A DNA stretch of 40,463 nt, taken from assembly GCA_018671575.1 (NCBI GenBank), contig JABHHM010000515.1:1-40463 (forward strand), given 5' to 3'. The stretch comes from Methylococcales bacterium. GTDB taxonomy: Bacteria > Pseudomonadota > Gammaproteobacteria > JABHGC01. This document shows positions 8,364-17,774 of this stretch, in pieces; the first letter of the stretch is position 1, and each line of letters opens with the position of its first letter. The notes beneath the pieces were generated by a model. It ran no database searches. It saw nothing but the letters and a program-made list of their open reading frames with translations, and was not told the origin of the DNA. The position numbers and the translations under genes were made by a program.

Positions 8364-10652
8364 TTAATTCCAATATCGTTTATTATACGACCGCCACAAT
8401 CTTATATTCAGCTTATCTTTGTCGTTATAGCTAAATATTATACTGCCGTCACTTGCTGTATTATACAACTTGGAATCAGCAGTTTGATATCTTTTAACTA
8501 TTTTTTTATGAGGATGATGATATCGATTGCGATATCCACTGGAAAAAACAGCATGTTTGGGTGATATTAATTGGATAAAACGAGATGATGACGAGGTTTT
8601 ACTGCCATGATGTGGCACGATAATGATATCCACATCCAATTCATTTTTAACCAATGATTTAATTAAATATTTTTCAGCACTTTTTTCGATATCCCCCGTG
8701 ATTAAAACAGACAATTGAGGGTGCGTGATTTTTAAAACACATGACGCATTATTCCCAGATTTTTTCATACCCAAAGATGGATATAATATTTCAAACTTAA
8801 CCCCATCCCAATACCAATTTTGCTGATCATGGCATAAAGCAGCCTGTTTAACAGGAATCAAATCAGGCATTCCTCCGCTGGTATTTAATGCGGGGTATTC
8901 TTTCATTAAGGCTTTTGTTCCTCCCATATGGTCATTATCTGAATGGCTGATCATTAAATAATCTAAATGCTTAATACCATTATATTTCAAATAAGGAATA
9001 ATAACTGCATCAGCCGCATTAAAGCGATCACTAAATTTTGCTCCCGTATCATAAACCAGTGTATGATTTTGAGTTTGAATAACCACAGACAAACCTTGCC
9101 CCACATCTAATACAGCCAATTTTAAAGAGTTAGGCATTGCAACAGGTTTGGCCAAAAAACCTGCAGGTAATAAAAATATCACACCCAGCCATTTACCAGG
9201 AAACCCTCGGGGCAATAACAAAATAAAACAAGCCGCAACCAGACAAATAAACACAATTGAGTTCTGGCCTGAAAACTTGACCACAGAAACGGGCAGATTC
9301 TCGCTGATCTGTAAAACCCACCAAAATAAGTTCATCGGATAATCTAAAACAGCCAAATATCCTCCCATTATTGATGGCACACACAAAAGCAATAAAATTG
9401 CGAGTAAAGCCATGGGAACAATAACCAAACTAATCAGTGGAATAACAACGAGATTTGTTAATGGTGAAACAACAGAAACTTGTTGAAAATAAAGATATAA
9501 AATGGGCAATAATGCAAACATTAAACCCCATTGAATTTTTAGCCAACCGATTATCTTGGAATGGTTAACGGCAGAAGAAATAATCCATAAAATTGCAGCA
9601 ACGGCAATAAAAGACAACCAAAAACCTGGCAAATAAACAGCGAATGGATCAACAACAAGAACAACCAATAAAGCAACAGCTAATACCTGGGATGGTTTTA
9701 TCGACCGATAACCATACATTGCAATTACAACAACGGTTAACATAATTAATGCACGCTGGGTCGGCAAAGCAAAACCTGCCATTAATGCATAACAAAACGC
9801 ACCAAACAAAGCAAAACCAGCACTCCACAGTTTTGCGGGGTAATAATTTGTCATCCCATGAATTCGACGAACCACACTAAAAACCAAAGCATAAATCAGA
9901 CCAAAAATAAGACCAATATGTAACCCTGATATAGCGACAATATGACTTGTTCCCGTCGCAATTAATAAATGATTTTGCTCAGATGTTAACTTTTGACGAT
10001 CGCCAATGGCCAGAGCCATTAATAATCCCATATTTTCAAATTCTGCAACCACATGTTGCAATTGGTTTGCAATAGTTTGTCGTATTCGCTGATAACCATA
10101 ACCTAAATCATGTCCCAGTTTTTTGTTAGACTTTGACTTTTTAACGTAACCTGTTGCTCGGATTCCCTGATAAAACAACCATTGTTCATAGTCAAATGCA
10201 CCTGGACTTTGAAACCCATGTGGTTTTTTTAATCTCACCAAAAACTGCCATTGCTCACCCGCTTGCACGGACTGAGCCCCCCGATACCAGCTTAATAAAA
10301 TTTTCCCATCAAACTTAATTTGTTTTTGTTGATGAAAAATTTTTGTTGGTTTAATTTTAAATCGTATCCCATGAGCTGTTTTTTTAGGCAAGTTAATAAT
10401 TGTTGCATGTACCAATAAATTCTCGCCTTGCAGAGATTCAGGCAATGAATTTAATAATGCAAAATAACCATGCCAACACCCCCAACACACACCAAGGAAA
10501 ATCACACCCAATATTCTTAAATAACGGATAAAACAAAAGAAAACAGCAATAAACGTAGCAAACACAATCCAAAGCAATTGGGGCAATTCAGTAAAAAACT
10601 GAACACTTAACAATCCCGCTAAAAATAATAATAAAAACTTAGGCACTGGCAT
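8364..10652 (-). CDS. comEC: DNA internalisation-related competence protein ComEC/Rec2
   Basis: 762 aa. Polytopic membrane core (..TGTSHIVAISGLHIG..) plus a C-terminal metallo-beta-lactamase domain (LDVGQGLS..., ISHSDNDHMGG, VPHHGS). Confidence 0.85.
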   Translation of the reverse strand: MPVPKFLLLFLAGLLSVQFFTELPQLLWIVFATFIAVFFCFIRYLRILGVIFLGVCWGCWHGYFALLNSLPESLQGENLLVHATIINLPKKTAHGIRFKIKPTKIFHQQKQIKFDGKILLSWYRGAQSVQAGEQWQFLVRLKKPHGFQSPGAFDYEQWLFYQGIRATGYVKKSKSNKKLGHDLGYGYQRIRQTIANQLQHVVAEFENMGLLMALAIGDRQKLTSEQNHLLIATGTSHIVAISGLHIGLIFGLIYALVFSVVRRIHGMTNYYPAKLWSAGFALFGAFCYALMAGFALPTQRALIMLTVVVIAMYGYRSIKPSQVLAVALLVVLVVDPFAVYLPGFWLSFIAVAAILWIISSAVNHSKIIGWLKIQWGLMFALLPILYLYFQQVSVVSPLTNLVVIPLISLVIVPMALLAILLLLCVPSIMGGYLAVLDYPMNLFWWVLQISENLPVSVVKFSGQNSIVFICLVAACFILLLPRGFPGKWLGVIFLLPAGFLAKPVAMPNSLKLAVLDVGQGLSVVIQTQNHTLVYDTGAKFSDRFNAADAVIIPYLKYNGIKHLDYLMISHSDNDHMGGTKALMKEYPALNTSGGMPDLIPVKQAALCHDQQNWYWDGVKFEILYPSLGMKKSGNNASCVLKITHPQLSVLITGDIEKSAEKYLIKSLVKNELDVDIIIVPHHGSKTSSSSRFIQLISPKHAVFSSGYRNRYHHPHKKIVKRYQTADSKLYNTASDGSIIFSYNDKDKLNIRLWRSYNKRYWN

Positions 10653-10752
10653 TCATCTATATGATTGGAAAAAAACGTACACGACAGCAAAACATTTCAT
10701 ATAATATAGTCATGTGAAACTTTTTTTCAACTGACTTTAATTTTACCCAAAT

Positions 10753-11277
10753 ATGCCGAAAAAAATTCTTAGAAAATTTATGCCCAACCCAGAGTCAATT
10801 CGTAATCATCCAACAATTCAACGGTTTGGCTCTTTATTGGATAATCCTAACTTATGGCATTTAAATCGACACTCTGTTGCAGGAGCTCTGGCGACAGGAT
10901 TATTTATGGCGTTTGTCCCAGTACCATTTCAGATGGCATTGGCAGCGGCAGTAGCCATTGCTCTGAGAGTCAATCTTCCGTTATCGGTAGTCACCGTCTG
11001 GCTTTCTAATCCAGCAACCATTCCACCTATATTTTATTTTTGTTACTTAGTGGGCGCATGGACTATTGATGCTCCGCCTGATGCAGATTTTGCCTTTGAA
11101 CTATCATTTCACTGGCTAATGCATAGCTTAGGTAATATATGGCAACCCTTTTTACTCGGATGTTTAATTATGTCAGTAACCTCTAGTATTTTTGGTTATT
11201 TTTTTGTTCAATTATCATGGCGTTGGTGCGTTTATCGTCAGTTAAGAATTAGAAAAGAAAAACGAATAATTCAGTAA
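10753..11277 (+). CDS. DUF2062 domain membrane protein
   Basis: 174 aa. N-terminal ..LWHLNRHSVAGALATGLFMAFVPVPFQM....NP.T.PP.. pattern typical of DUF2062. Divergent from comEC. Confidence 0.65.
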   Translation: MPKKILRKFMPNPESIRNHPTIQRFGSLLDNPNLWHLNRHSVAGALATGLFMAFVPVPFQMALAAAVAIALRVNLPLSVVTVWLSNPATIPPIFYFCYLVGAWTIDAPPDADFAFELSFHWLMHSLGNIWQPFLLGCLIMSVTSSIFGYFFVQLSWRWCVYRQLRIRKEKRIIQ

Positions 11278-11300
11278 AATAACTTTTGCAGTGCTTTTCA

Positions 11301-13094
11301 ATGGCTAACTTTTTATCTAACAAGCAAGAACATAATACACACGACCGATTCATCGTTGCCGATGACTGGTCTGGCAATTGGCAAGCCAATGTCGCCATTA
11401 AGATCACATCCATTCTAACGTGGATTATTGTGGTTTGTGGGTTTTCCACTTCCCTGATTATTTTAAATGATATTAAAGAAAAACAGTTTCAAAAAATTCA
11501 ACAGGAATCTGATCAAAAAGCCTACCTTATTCTTAACTTTTTACACAACAAAAATGATCGAGTTGATTCCTCTAACAAAATCAGAGCACTGTTATTTTCC
11601 AACAATTTTCCCTATGCTGAATTAAAAATTCACAATGAACTTATTAAATTTGGACAGCATGAAAAAAAACTGGAATGCTTGCTAAAACCCATCATATTAT
11701 TCAAAGACAGTCAGGCAAAAAACCATTTAAAATTATGTCATCAACCTTTGAAACAAATCATTAGAGAAAAGCAGATAACCACCATTACAATTATCGGTTT
11801 CATCACTTTAATTTTTGCAGGCATTAACATTCTTATTGTTTCAAAAATAATAACATCCCCCTTTAAAGCATTAGAAAAAGCCATTCAATTTGTTAAAAAC
11901 GGGGATTTATCAACCCGCATGGAAACCAAACGACATGATGAGTTTGGCAGAGTTGCACAATTTTTTAACGATATGCTGGATGGCATTCAACAAGATAAGG
12001 ATAAAATTGAAGAAAGTAACCGCAACCTTGAAACCATCGTTGATGAAAGAACCCAGGAATTAATTACAACCAACAAAGAGTTACGCGGCACACTAGACAA
12101 CCTACAACAAACACAAAAACAATTAGTTCAATCAGAAAAAATGGCTGCATTAGGCCAACTAATTGCTGGCATAACTCATGAAATCAACACGCCATTAGGT
12201 GTTGTGCAAGCCTCTATTGGCAACATGTCATCTTCTTTGGAAAATGCCATTCAGACAATGCCTGAGTTACTCAAATATTTGGAAGATGAAAAATTAGAGT
12301 TATTCTTAAATTTAATTCAGATGGCACAACAACAAACTCAATATTTATCAACCCGAGAAGAAAGATCCTATCGAAGGAAAATCAGCAAAATTTTACAGCA
12401 AGAAAACTTTGAAAATGCCGATGAAATTGCCGACACATTGGTAGATATGGGTATTTATGATAGTTACAGCTCTTTTTTCCCCTTATTTCGTGATGCTAAA
12501 AATGATCTTATCTTACAAACCAGTTACAACCTGGCCACCATCAACAAAAACAGCAAAAACATATCCATCGCCATAGAACGTGCTACCAAAGTTGTTTTTG
12601 CCCTTAAAAAATTCTCACACCACGATTTATCTGAAAAAATGTATCGGTCTGATATTAATGAAGACATTGAAACGGTACTCACATTATACCAAGGTAATAT
12701 TAAACATGGTGTTGATGTTACTAAGAATTTTGAGCCGTTACCCGCCATTAACTGCTACCATGATGAGCTCAACCAAGTCTGGACCAATATTATTCATAAT
12801 GCATTGCAAGCAATGAATCATAAAGGAAAGTTAAAAATTATTACCAAACATCGTCTAGGCTATATTATTGTAGACATCATTGATAATGGCAAAGGAATTC
12901 CAGCCGAAGTATTACCCAATATATTTCAGGCATTTTTTACCACCAAAAAGATGGGTGAAGGCAGTGGTCTTGGGCTGGATATTTGCCAAAGAATTATTTC
13001 ACGTCACAAAGGACGCATTAAAGCCTATTCAAAACCCAATGAAACGATCTTTAGAATTATTTTACCAATTAACCCTATTGTGGAAATATCATGA
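11301..13094 (+). CDS. Sensor histidine kinase (2 TM, HAMP, coiled coil, H-box, HATPase)
   Basis: HAMP ..PFKALEKAIQFVKNGDLSTRM...DEFGRVAQFFNDMLD. H-box AGITHEINTPLG. N box NIIHNALQAM. G boxes DNGKGIP and GEGSGLGLDIC. ATG 11301 preferred over the tracked TTG 11286. Confidence 0.8.
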   Translation: MANFLSNKQEHNTHDRFIVADDWSGNWQANVAIKITSILTWIIVVCGFSTSLIILNDIKEKQFQKIQQESDQKAYLILNFLHNKNDRVDSSNKIRALLFSNNFPYAELKIHNELIKFGQHEKKLECLLKPIILFKDSQAKNHLKLCHQPLKQIIREKQITTITIIGFITLIFAGINILIVSKIITSPFKALEKAIQFVKNGDLSTRMETKRHDEFGRVAQFFNDMLDGIQQDKDKIEESNRNLETIVDERTQELITTNKELRGTLDNLQQTQKQLVQSEKMAALGQLIAGITHEINTPLGVVQASIGNMSSSLENAIQTMPELLKYLEDEKLELFLNLIQMAQQQTQYLSTREERSYRRKISKILQQENFENADEIADTLVDMGIYDSYSSFFPLFRDAKNDLILQTSYNLATINKNSKNISIAIERATKVVFALKKFSHHDLSEKMYRSDINEDIETVLTLYQGNIKHGVDVTKNFEPLPAINCYHDELNQVWTNIIHNALQAMNHKGKLKIITKHRLGYIIVDIIDNGKGIPAEVLPNIFQAFFTTKKMGEGSGLGLDICQRIISRHKGRIKAYSKPNETIFRIILPINPIVEIS

Positions 13095-13858
13095 ATAAAG
13101 CAACAATCATCTGCGTAGATGATGAAAAAATTGTTCTTTCTAGCATAAAACAGCAACTAAAACGTCATTTCAATCATAAATTCAGTATCGAAACCGTTGA
13201 AAGTGCGGAAGATGCTCTGGAATTAATTTTCGAATTACAAGAAGATAATATTGAAATTCCTTTACTGATTTCTGACCACATCATGCCAGCAATGAAAGGT
13301 GATGAACTCATCATTAAATGCGAAAAATTCATACCCAATGCCCTAAAAATATTGCTAACAGGGCAAGTGACTCCAGAAGCGATCGGCAATATCATTAATC
13401 ATGCAAATTTGTATCGCTATATTTCAAAACCCTGGAATGAAAAAGATTTTTTACTCACCATTGATGAGGCCATACAAAAATATTACACGGAACAACGACT
13501 CAAAGAGCAAGAAGAGCAGTTTAAATCGATCATTAACAATATAAATATCGGTATATTTTGTATTCCCTTAATGGGCAATGGAAATTATATGCAAATCAAC
13601 CCTGCATTGATCAAATTACTAGGCTATACAGACAAAAATGCGCGGAACAATTCACTGTTACAACACTTTAGTGATGCCAGTAAAAAAGAATATTTTTTAA
13701 AGAAGATTAGATTAAAGGGAGAGGTAAAAAACCTTGAAGTAGATTTTACCACCAAGCTCGGAGACAATATTAAAGTTTCAATCTATGCCAGTGCACAATA
13801 TGATCAGAAACAGGCAAACATCAAGTGGATTAATGGTATTGTAGAAAATATTTCTTAA
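13091..13858 (+). CDS. Response regulator, REC-PAS, no recognisable output domain
   Basis: REC: IICVDDEK...LLISDHIMPAMKG...ISKPW. The C-terminal ~110 aa are PAS-like and end ..WINGIVENIS-stop. Its start overlaps the kinase stop (ATGA). Confidence 0.8.
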   Translation: MNKATIICVDDEKIVLSSIKQQLKRHFNHKFSIETVESAEDALELIFELQEDNIEIPLLISDHIMPAMKGDELIIKCEKFIPNALKILLTGQVTPEAIGNIINHANLYRYISKPWNEKDFLLTIDEAIQKYYTEQRLKEQEEQFKSIINNINIGIFCIPLMGNGNYMQINPALIKLLGYTDKNARNNSLLQHFSDASKKEYFLKKIRLKGEVKNLEVDFTTKLGDNIKVSIYASAQYDQKQANIKWINGIVENIS

Positions 13859-13895
13859 AAGAATCAGTAAAGCTTTAGACTTAAATTATACATAA

Positions 13896-14870
13896 TCAGA
13901 AAAACTCAAGTTCTCCAGAGTCCACCAGTTCTTCTTCATTTTCGATAAACTTTTCAGAATCCCAATGAAGATGGAAAGAAAATTTCAGATAAATATTAAA
14001 TTTATATAAAATTTCTCCACTCTCAGGATCATATCGCTCAAGATCAAAACTAAACCCAACTAAAGGATCCGCTGCACCAAAACTAATGTAACCCTCTTTA
14101 TGATTGATCGTAAGAGGCACATCGATTCCACCTTCACGCCCAACATAATCAGAAGGAATATATTTTGACTTGAATGCCCCCCAGATTGAATTCATCAACT
14201 CACGCATCAAATCTTCTGCATACCATGCCGCACGCCCATTATGTGCAGTAAATGTGGTTTTTCCATCATTAATGACACGAATAATATCCGAACTAACCGA
14301 TTGAAGCATCACTACACCTTCACACCAGTCACTGCGGATTGACATCAATTCAATACGCTCACCATAAATACGGCGATCAGATGACATAAAAACGTTGGTT
14401 GAGGTTACATGGGTATCACGAAATTTCTCAATCATTGCTTCACAAGCCATTGCCTGAAAGTCTTGTATCCAACCTTCAGGAAATACCTTATTAAAAACAA
14501 AATCTGACATCAGTGTTTTAAGCGTATCAAAGTCATCTGACTGATAGGTTTTTATTACATCTGGGTTAACGGCCATTTGTAAAAACTGATTAGTTACTTC
14601 AATTTCATCACTGCGAATAAAAATGGGTATAGATGGAAAAAAAACATTAATCTCACAAACAAACCCCAGCACTTCATGATTCAAGCCACAAATAATAATC
14701 CCTCCTACATTTAGACTACTTTTTATCGTAGGCATAAGTAGCTCAGGAGTTGCAACAAAACCACCTTTCAGATTATAGTCTTGGCAGAATGACTTAAGAA
14801 CATCCTTATAATCATCGTCTGTTTCGTAAATTAGAATTTTACTTTCGATTTTTGAGTTATTTTCCATCAA
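13896..14870 (-). CDS. Hypothetical protein; N-terminal receiver-like domain plus C-terminal region with a CheC/CheX-type D-x3-E-x2-N motif
   Basis: 324-aa uninterrupted ORF. N-terminus KILIYETDDDYKDVLKSF resembles REC beta1/alpha1. The expected phospho-Asp position reads IIICGLNH. The C-terminal half contains ..AEDLMRELMNSIWGAF... Product name is inference only. Confidence 0.55.
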   Translation of the reverse strand: MMENNSKIESKILIYETDDDYKDVLKSFCQDYNLKGGFVATPELLMPTIKSSLNVGGIIICGLNHEVLGFVCEINVFFPSIPIFIRSDEIEVTNQFLQMAVNPDVIKTYQSDDFDTLKTLMSDFVFNKVFPEGWIQDFQAMACEAMIEKFRDTHVTSTNVFMSSDRRIYGERIELMSIRSDWCEGVVMLQSVSSDIIRVINDGKTTFTAHNGRAAWYAEDLMRELMNSIWGAFKSKYIPSDYVGREGGIDVPLTINHKEGYISFGAADPLVGFSFDLERYDPESGEILYKFNIYLKFSFHLHWDSEKFIENEEELVDSGELEFF

Positions 14871-14923
14871 ATTCTCTTTGTTTCAAGTCAAATTAAGTAA
14901 AATTCTAGCAGAACATCAAGGTT

Positions 14924-15526
14924 TTATAATAAAAAATGCTTATTAATTAGCTCGGTTAAATCTGCATATTTTTTTACAACTGGAAACTGAGGAAATTCAT
15001 CAATTACATTTTGTGGTGGACAGAATAAAATCCCTTGGTCAGCCTGATTTAACATACTGGTATCATTATATGAGTCTCCAGCAGCCACCGTATTAAAATT
15101 CAGCGCTTTGAATGCTTCTACCGCTTTACGTTTATGATCTTTTAAGCGAAGTTGATAGTTCGTGATTTTTCCATTATTTATCACCAATTGATGACAAAAT
15201 AAAGTGGGCCAATCAAGTTGCTTCATCAACGGACGAGCAAAGTCTGAAAATGTATCTGAAAGTATAATACATTGATATCGACTTCTTATATCATCTAAAA
15301 ATGCTTTTGCACCATCCATTGGCGCCATTGAAGAAATAACCTCCTGAATTTCATTAATACCCAAATTATGTTCATCAAGCACAGAAAGCCGCATTTTCAT
15401 CAATTCATCATAATCCGAAATATCACGTGTTGTTGCTTTTAACGCATCAATCCCTGTCACGTTGGCAAAATCAATCCATATTTCGGGGACTAACACTCCC
15501 TCCAGGTCAAGACAGACTAATTCCAT
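14924..15526 (-). CDS. thrH: Bifunctional phosphoserine phosphatase/homoserine phosphotransferase ThrH
   Basis: Near-colinear with Pseudomonas ThrH (ME..CLDLEGVLVPEIWI.FA..TGIDALKATTRDI.DYD.LM..RL..LDEH...AAGDSYNDT.ML...GILF.P..NVI.EFPQFP). Start set at ATG 15526 with aaaggagaa 6 nt upstream. The tracked 14 extra codons run into the tandem repeat. Confidence 0.88.
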   Translation of the reverse strand: MELVCLDLEGVLVPEIWIDFANVTGIDALKATTRDISDYDELMKMRLSVLDEHNLGINEIQEVISSMAPMDGAKAFLDDIRSRYQCIILSDTFSDFARPLMKQLDWPTLFCHQLVINNGKITNYQLRLKDHKRKAVEAFKALNFNTVAAGDSYNDTSMLNQADQGILFCPPQNVIDEFPQFPVVKKYADLTELINKHFLL

Positions 15527-15543
15527 GTTAATTCTCCTTTTGT

Positions 15544-15660
15544 TATAAAGCTGAGTTGAGTAGCTCATCTGCTCAAACGAAACTTATGCCCTTGTGGTAT
15601 AAAGCTGAGTTGAGTAGCTCGTCTGCTCAAACGAAACTTATGCCCTTGTGGTATAAAGCC
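15544..15660. repeat. Family-C tandem repeat, 2 full 54-bp units plus a 9-bp start of a third
   Basis: Unit tataaagctgagttgagtagctc(a/g)tctgctcaaacgaaacttatgcccttgtgg at 15544-15597 and 15598-15651, differing at one base. Each unit holds a hairpin ttgagtag/ctgctcaa. Confidence 0.9.
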
Positions 15661-15680
15661 AAATATTTTAGTATTCTTTC

Positions 15681-15709
15681 TTGGCGAATCAATAATTATG
15701 CTTTAGAAT
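15681..15709 (+). promoter_or_regulatory. Putative sigma70 promoter for tRNA-Arg
   Basis: TTGGCG - 17 nt - TAGAAT. The -10 ends 27 nt before the tRNA 5' end. Confidence 0.35.
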
Positions 15710-15736
15710 AACTCTAAATTATTACCAGTCAAATAA

Positions 15737-15813
15737 GCGCCCGTAGCTCAGCTGGATAGAGTACTTGGCTTCGAACCAAGGTGTCGGGAGTTCGAATCTC
15801 TCCGGGCGCGCCA
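15737..15813 (+). tRNA. tRNA-Arg (anticodon TCG)
   Basis: 77-nt cloverleaf: acceptor gcgcccg/cgggcgc, D-arm gctc-agctggata-gagt, anticodon arm cttgg-cTTCGaa-ccaag, T-arm gggag-ttcgaat-ctctc, discriminator g, encoded CCA. Close to E. coli tRNA-Arg. Confidence 0.93.
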
Positions 15814-15826
15814 CATTCAAAAAAAT

Positions 15827-16138
15827 CTAATCCTGTGGTGGTGTATAATTTGCATCATTGGGATTCATAAAAATAAAATTGAATTTCCCTGGCTCCAATT
15901 CAACATAATCCATCACAGTGCCTTTAAGTAATTTTTCGTAATTGGGTGTAAATATCACCTCAATATCATTTGAAACTACTTTTATATCATGGCTCTTCGA
16001 TTCATCGTATCCCATCCGATAATCTAATGATCCATCAGGCTTTTTTATCACTGCAATTCTAATCGACATTCCAGACACATCACTTTGACTAGCGGCCAAG
16101 TTTATTTGATTTGCTGCATTTTTTGTTATTTCAAACAT
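15827..16138 (-). CDS. dsrR: DsrR, IscA/HesB-like protein lacking the cluster-binding cysteines
   Basis: 103 aa, A-type-carrier-like N-terminus (MFEITKNAANQIN...). There is no cysteine anywhere in the protein. Located directly after dsrN as in Allochromatium vinosum. Confidence 0.7.
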   Translation of the reverse strand: MFEITKNAANQINLAASQSDVSGMSIRIAVIKKPDGSLDYRMGYDESKSHDIKVVSNDIEVIFTPNYEKLLKGTVMDYVELEPGKFNFIFMNPNDANYTPPQD

Positions 16139-16160
16139 AATTTTATAATACCTTATTAAA

Positions 16161-17540
16161 TTATTTCACGTTAACATTTTTAATAAACAATAAAAACTGT
16201 TTAACCCAAGGATATTTTTCAGAGTTTCTAAGGTGACAATAACTGGCCAAGGTATTTTTATAAACAATTCCATCCGAATTCCCATCCACACCATAACCTC
16301 GCTTTACCTTATAACCATAACTAACATTATTTGATAATAATTCAATTGAAGAATAGTGAAATTCATGAGCATTGATTATTTTATTAGACTCTTGACTAAT
16401 ATTATTCCACAAATGCTCATTGGTTTGCTGAATTTTAACATAACCTCGTCCAATGGGTTTTTTATGCATAATGACCTTGGCAGGAATAGCATTAACCATT
16501 TCATATTTAATATCATTAATCTCAACAGATGAGGCTAAGTACATCAAGCCTCCACATTCAGCATAAACAACACCATCGTTTTCAATAAATTCTTTAATAT
16601 CAGACTTTAATGAAGTATTAGACTCTAATTTTTCAAGATACGACTCAGGAAACCCACCACCAATAAAAAGAGCATCGATAGAAGGTAAAAACTGATCTTC
16701 AATAGAATTAATAGTGATGATTTTTACACCATAGTTAATAAATTCATCAATATCACTCTGATAATAAAAACCAAATACTGAATCTTGCATAACACCAATA
16801 GTAAGATGACTAAACTCCCTATTTTCTTCAATTGGGAGTTCTTTTTCCTGACTGATAATTTCATTAGTAGAAATAGACATCAGGCTTTTCAAATCTACTT
16901 GATCCGCTATTTGGTTTGATATTATGTTTATGATTTTTTCAGCTTCACCATGCTCGTTACAAGGCATTAGCCCAAGATGCCTTTCTAAAATATTAATTTC
17001 ATCAGATTTTCTAACAGAACCATAGACCTTGATATCAGTATAATGTTCAATAACATTGATGAGCTTTCCTTCATGACGCTCTCCACCTACTTTATTTAGA
17101 ATCACACCTTGTATATTAATATCTTTATCAAATTGCTGATAGCCCATTAAAAGCGGAGCAACACCTCTGGTCATTCCTATAGTATCTATAACCAGAATAA
17201 TCGGTAAATTTAATAATTTTGCCAATGCTGCATTACAATTCGAACCATCAATATTAGTACCATCATACAAACCTTTATTACCTTCAACAACAACCATATC
17301 CATGCCATTAATATGGCGACAATACAATGACATAATTTCAGCTTCAGTCATTGCGTTAAAATCAAGATTAAAACACTGATTACCTGATGCTTCAGCCAGC
17401 CATTTCGGGTCTATATAATCAGGACCTTTTTTAAAGGTCATCACACGATACTTAAGTGCTGCAAATGCAGCAGAAAGGCCGATTGATATTGTTGTTTTTC
17501 CCGAAGATTTGTGTGCGGCAGAAATATAAATATTAGACAT
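16161..17540 (-). CDS. dsrN: DsrN, cobyrinic acid a,c-diamide synthase-like siroheme amidase
   Basis: 459 aa. P-loop region AAHKSSGKTTISIGL, CobB/CbiA body and a C-terminal glutamine amidotransferase domain (YAECGGLMYL, ..HEFHYS..). Confidence 0.8.
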   Translation of the reverse strand: MSNIYISAAHKSSGKTTISIGLSAAFAALKYRVMTFKKGPDYIDPKWLAEASGNQCFNLDFNAMTEAEIMSLYCRHINGMDMVVVEGNKGLYDGTNIDGSNCNAALAKLLNLPIILVIDTIGMTRGVAPLLMGYQQFDKDINIQGVILNKVGGERHEGKLINVIEHYTDIKVYGSVRKSDEINILERHLGLMPCNEHGEAEKIINIISNQIADQVDLKSLMSISTNEIISQEKELPIEENREFSHLTIGVMQDSVFGFYYQSDIDEFINYGVKIITINSIEDQFLPSIDALFIGGGFPESYLEKLESNTSLKSDIKEFIENDGVVYAECGGLMYLASSVEINDIKYEMVNAIPAKVIMHKKPIGRGYVKIQQTNEHLWNNISQESNKIINAHEFHYSSIELLSNNVSYGYKVKRGYGVDGNSDGIVYKNTLASYCHLRNSEKYPWVKQFLLFIKNVNVK

Positions 17541-17724
17541 AAAAATAATTTAATTTGGAAAATAAAGGATTTTCACACTCTCTTTACCAATTTATTTCAA
17601 CCTTGAAATCAGTTGAATCGTAGCGAATACATTCAATGCTATGAATATTCAGTTACATTGAGCGTTTGAGTAGGTTCAAGAATGTAAAATAAATTTTTAC
17701 ATAGGAGTGAGGAATTAATAGGAT

Positions 17725-17753
17725 AAACAAAAAAGGAGCCAATGGCTCCTTTT
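17725..17753 (-). terminator. Rho-independent terminator after dsrP (structure is bidirectional)
   Basis: Plus strand 17731-17753: aaaaggagcc-aat-ggctcctttt, a 10-bp stem with a 3-nt loop. On the minus-strand transcript the stem is followed by ttttttgttt. It lies 22 nt downstream of the dsrP stop. Confidence 0.65.
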
Positions 17754-17774
17754 ATTTAAAATGATAACATTACT

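Noticed and set aside
13859-13895. taaagcttta palindrome between convergent genes as a terminator
   Set aside because: It is only a 10-bp AT-rich palindrome with no loop or T-run, too weak to call.
15544-15660. Possible CRISPR array, given the Cas6-like gene elsewhere in the window
   Set aside because: There are only two directly abutting units with no spacers, 13 kb away from the Cas6-like gene. This is a tandem duplication, not a repeat-spacer array. No other spaced direct repeats were seen in the window.
15737-15813. tRNA-Arg as an integration site for a genomic island or prophage
   Set aside because: There is no integrase, no direct repeat of the tRNA 3' end and no phage-like genes on either side. 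The flanking genes (dsrR, thrH) are ordinary chromosomal genes.
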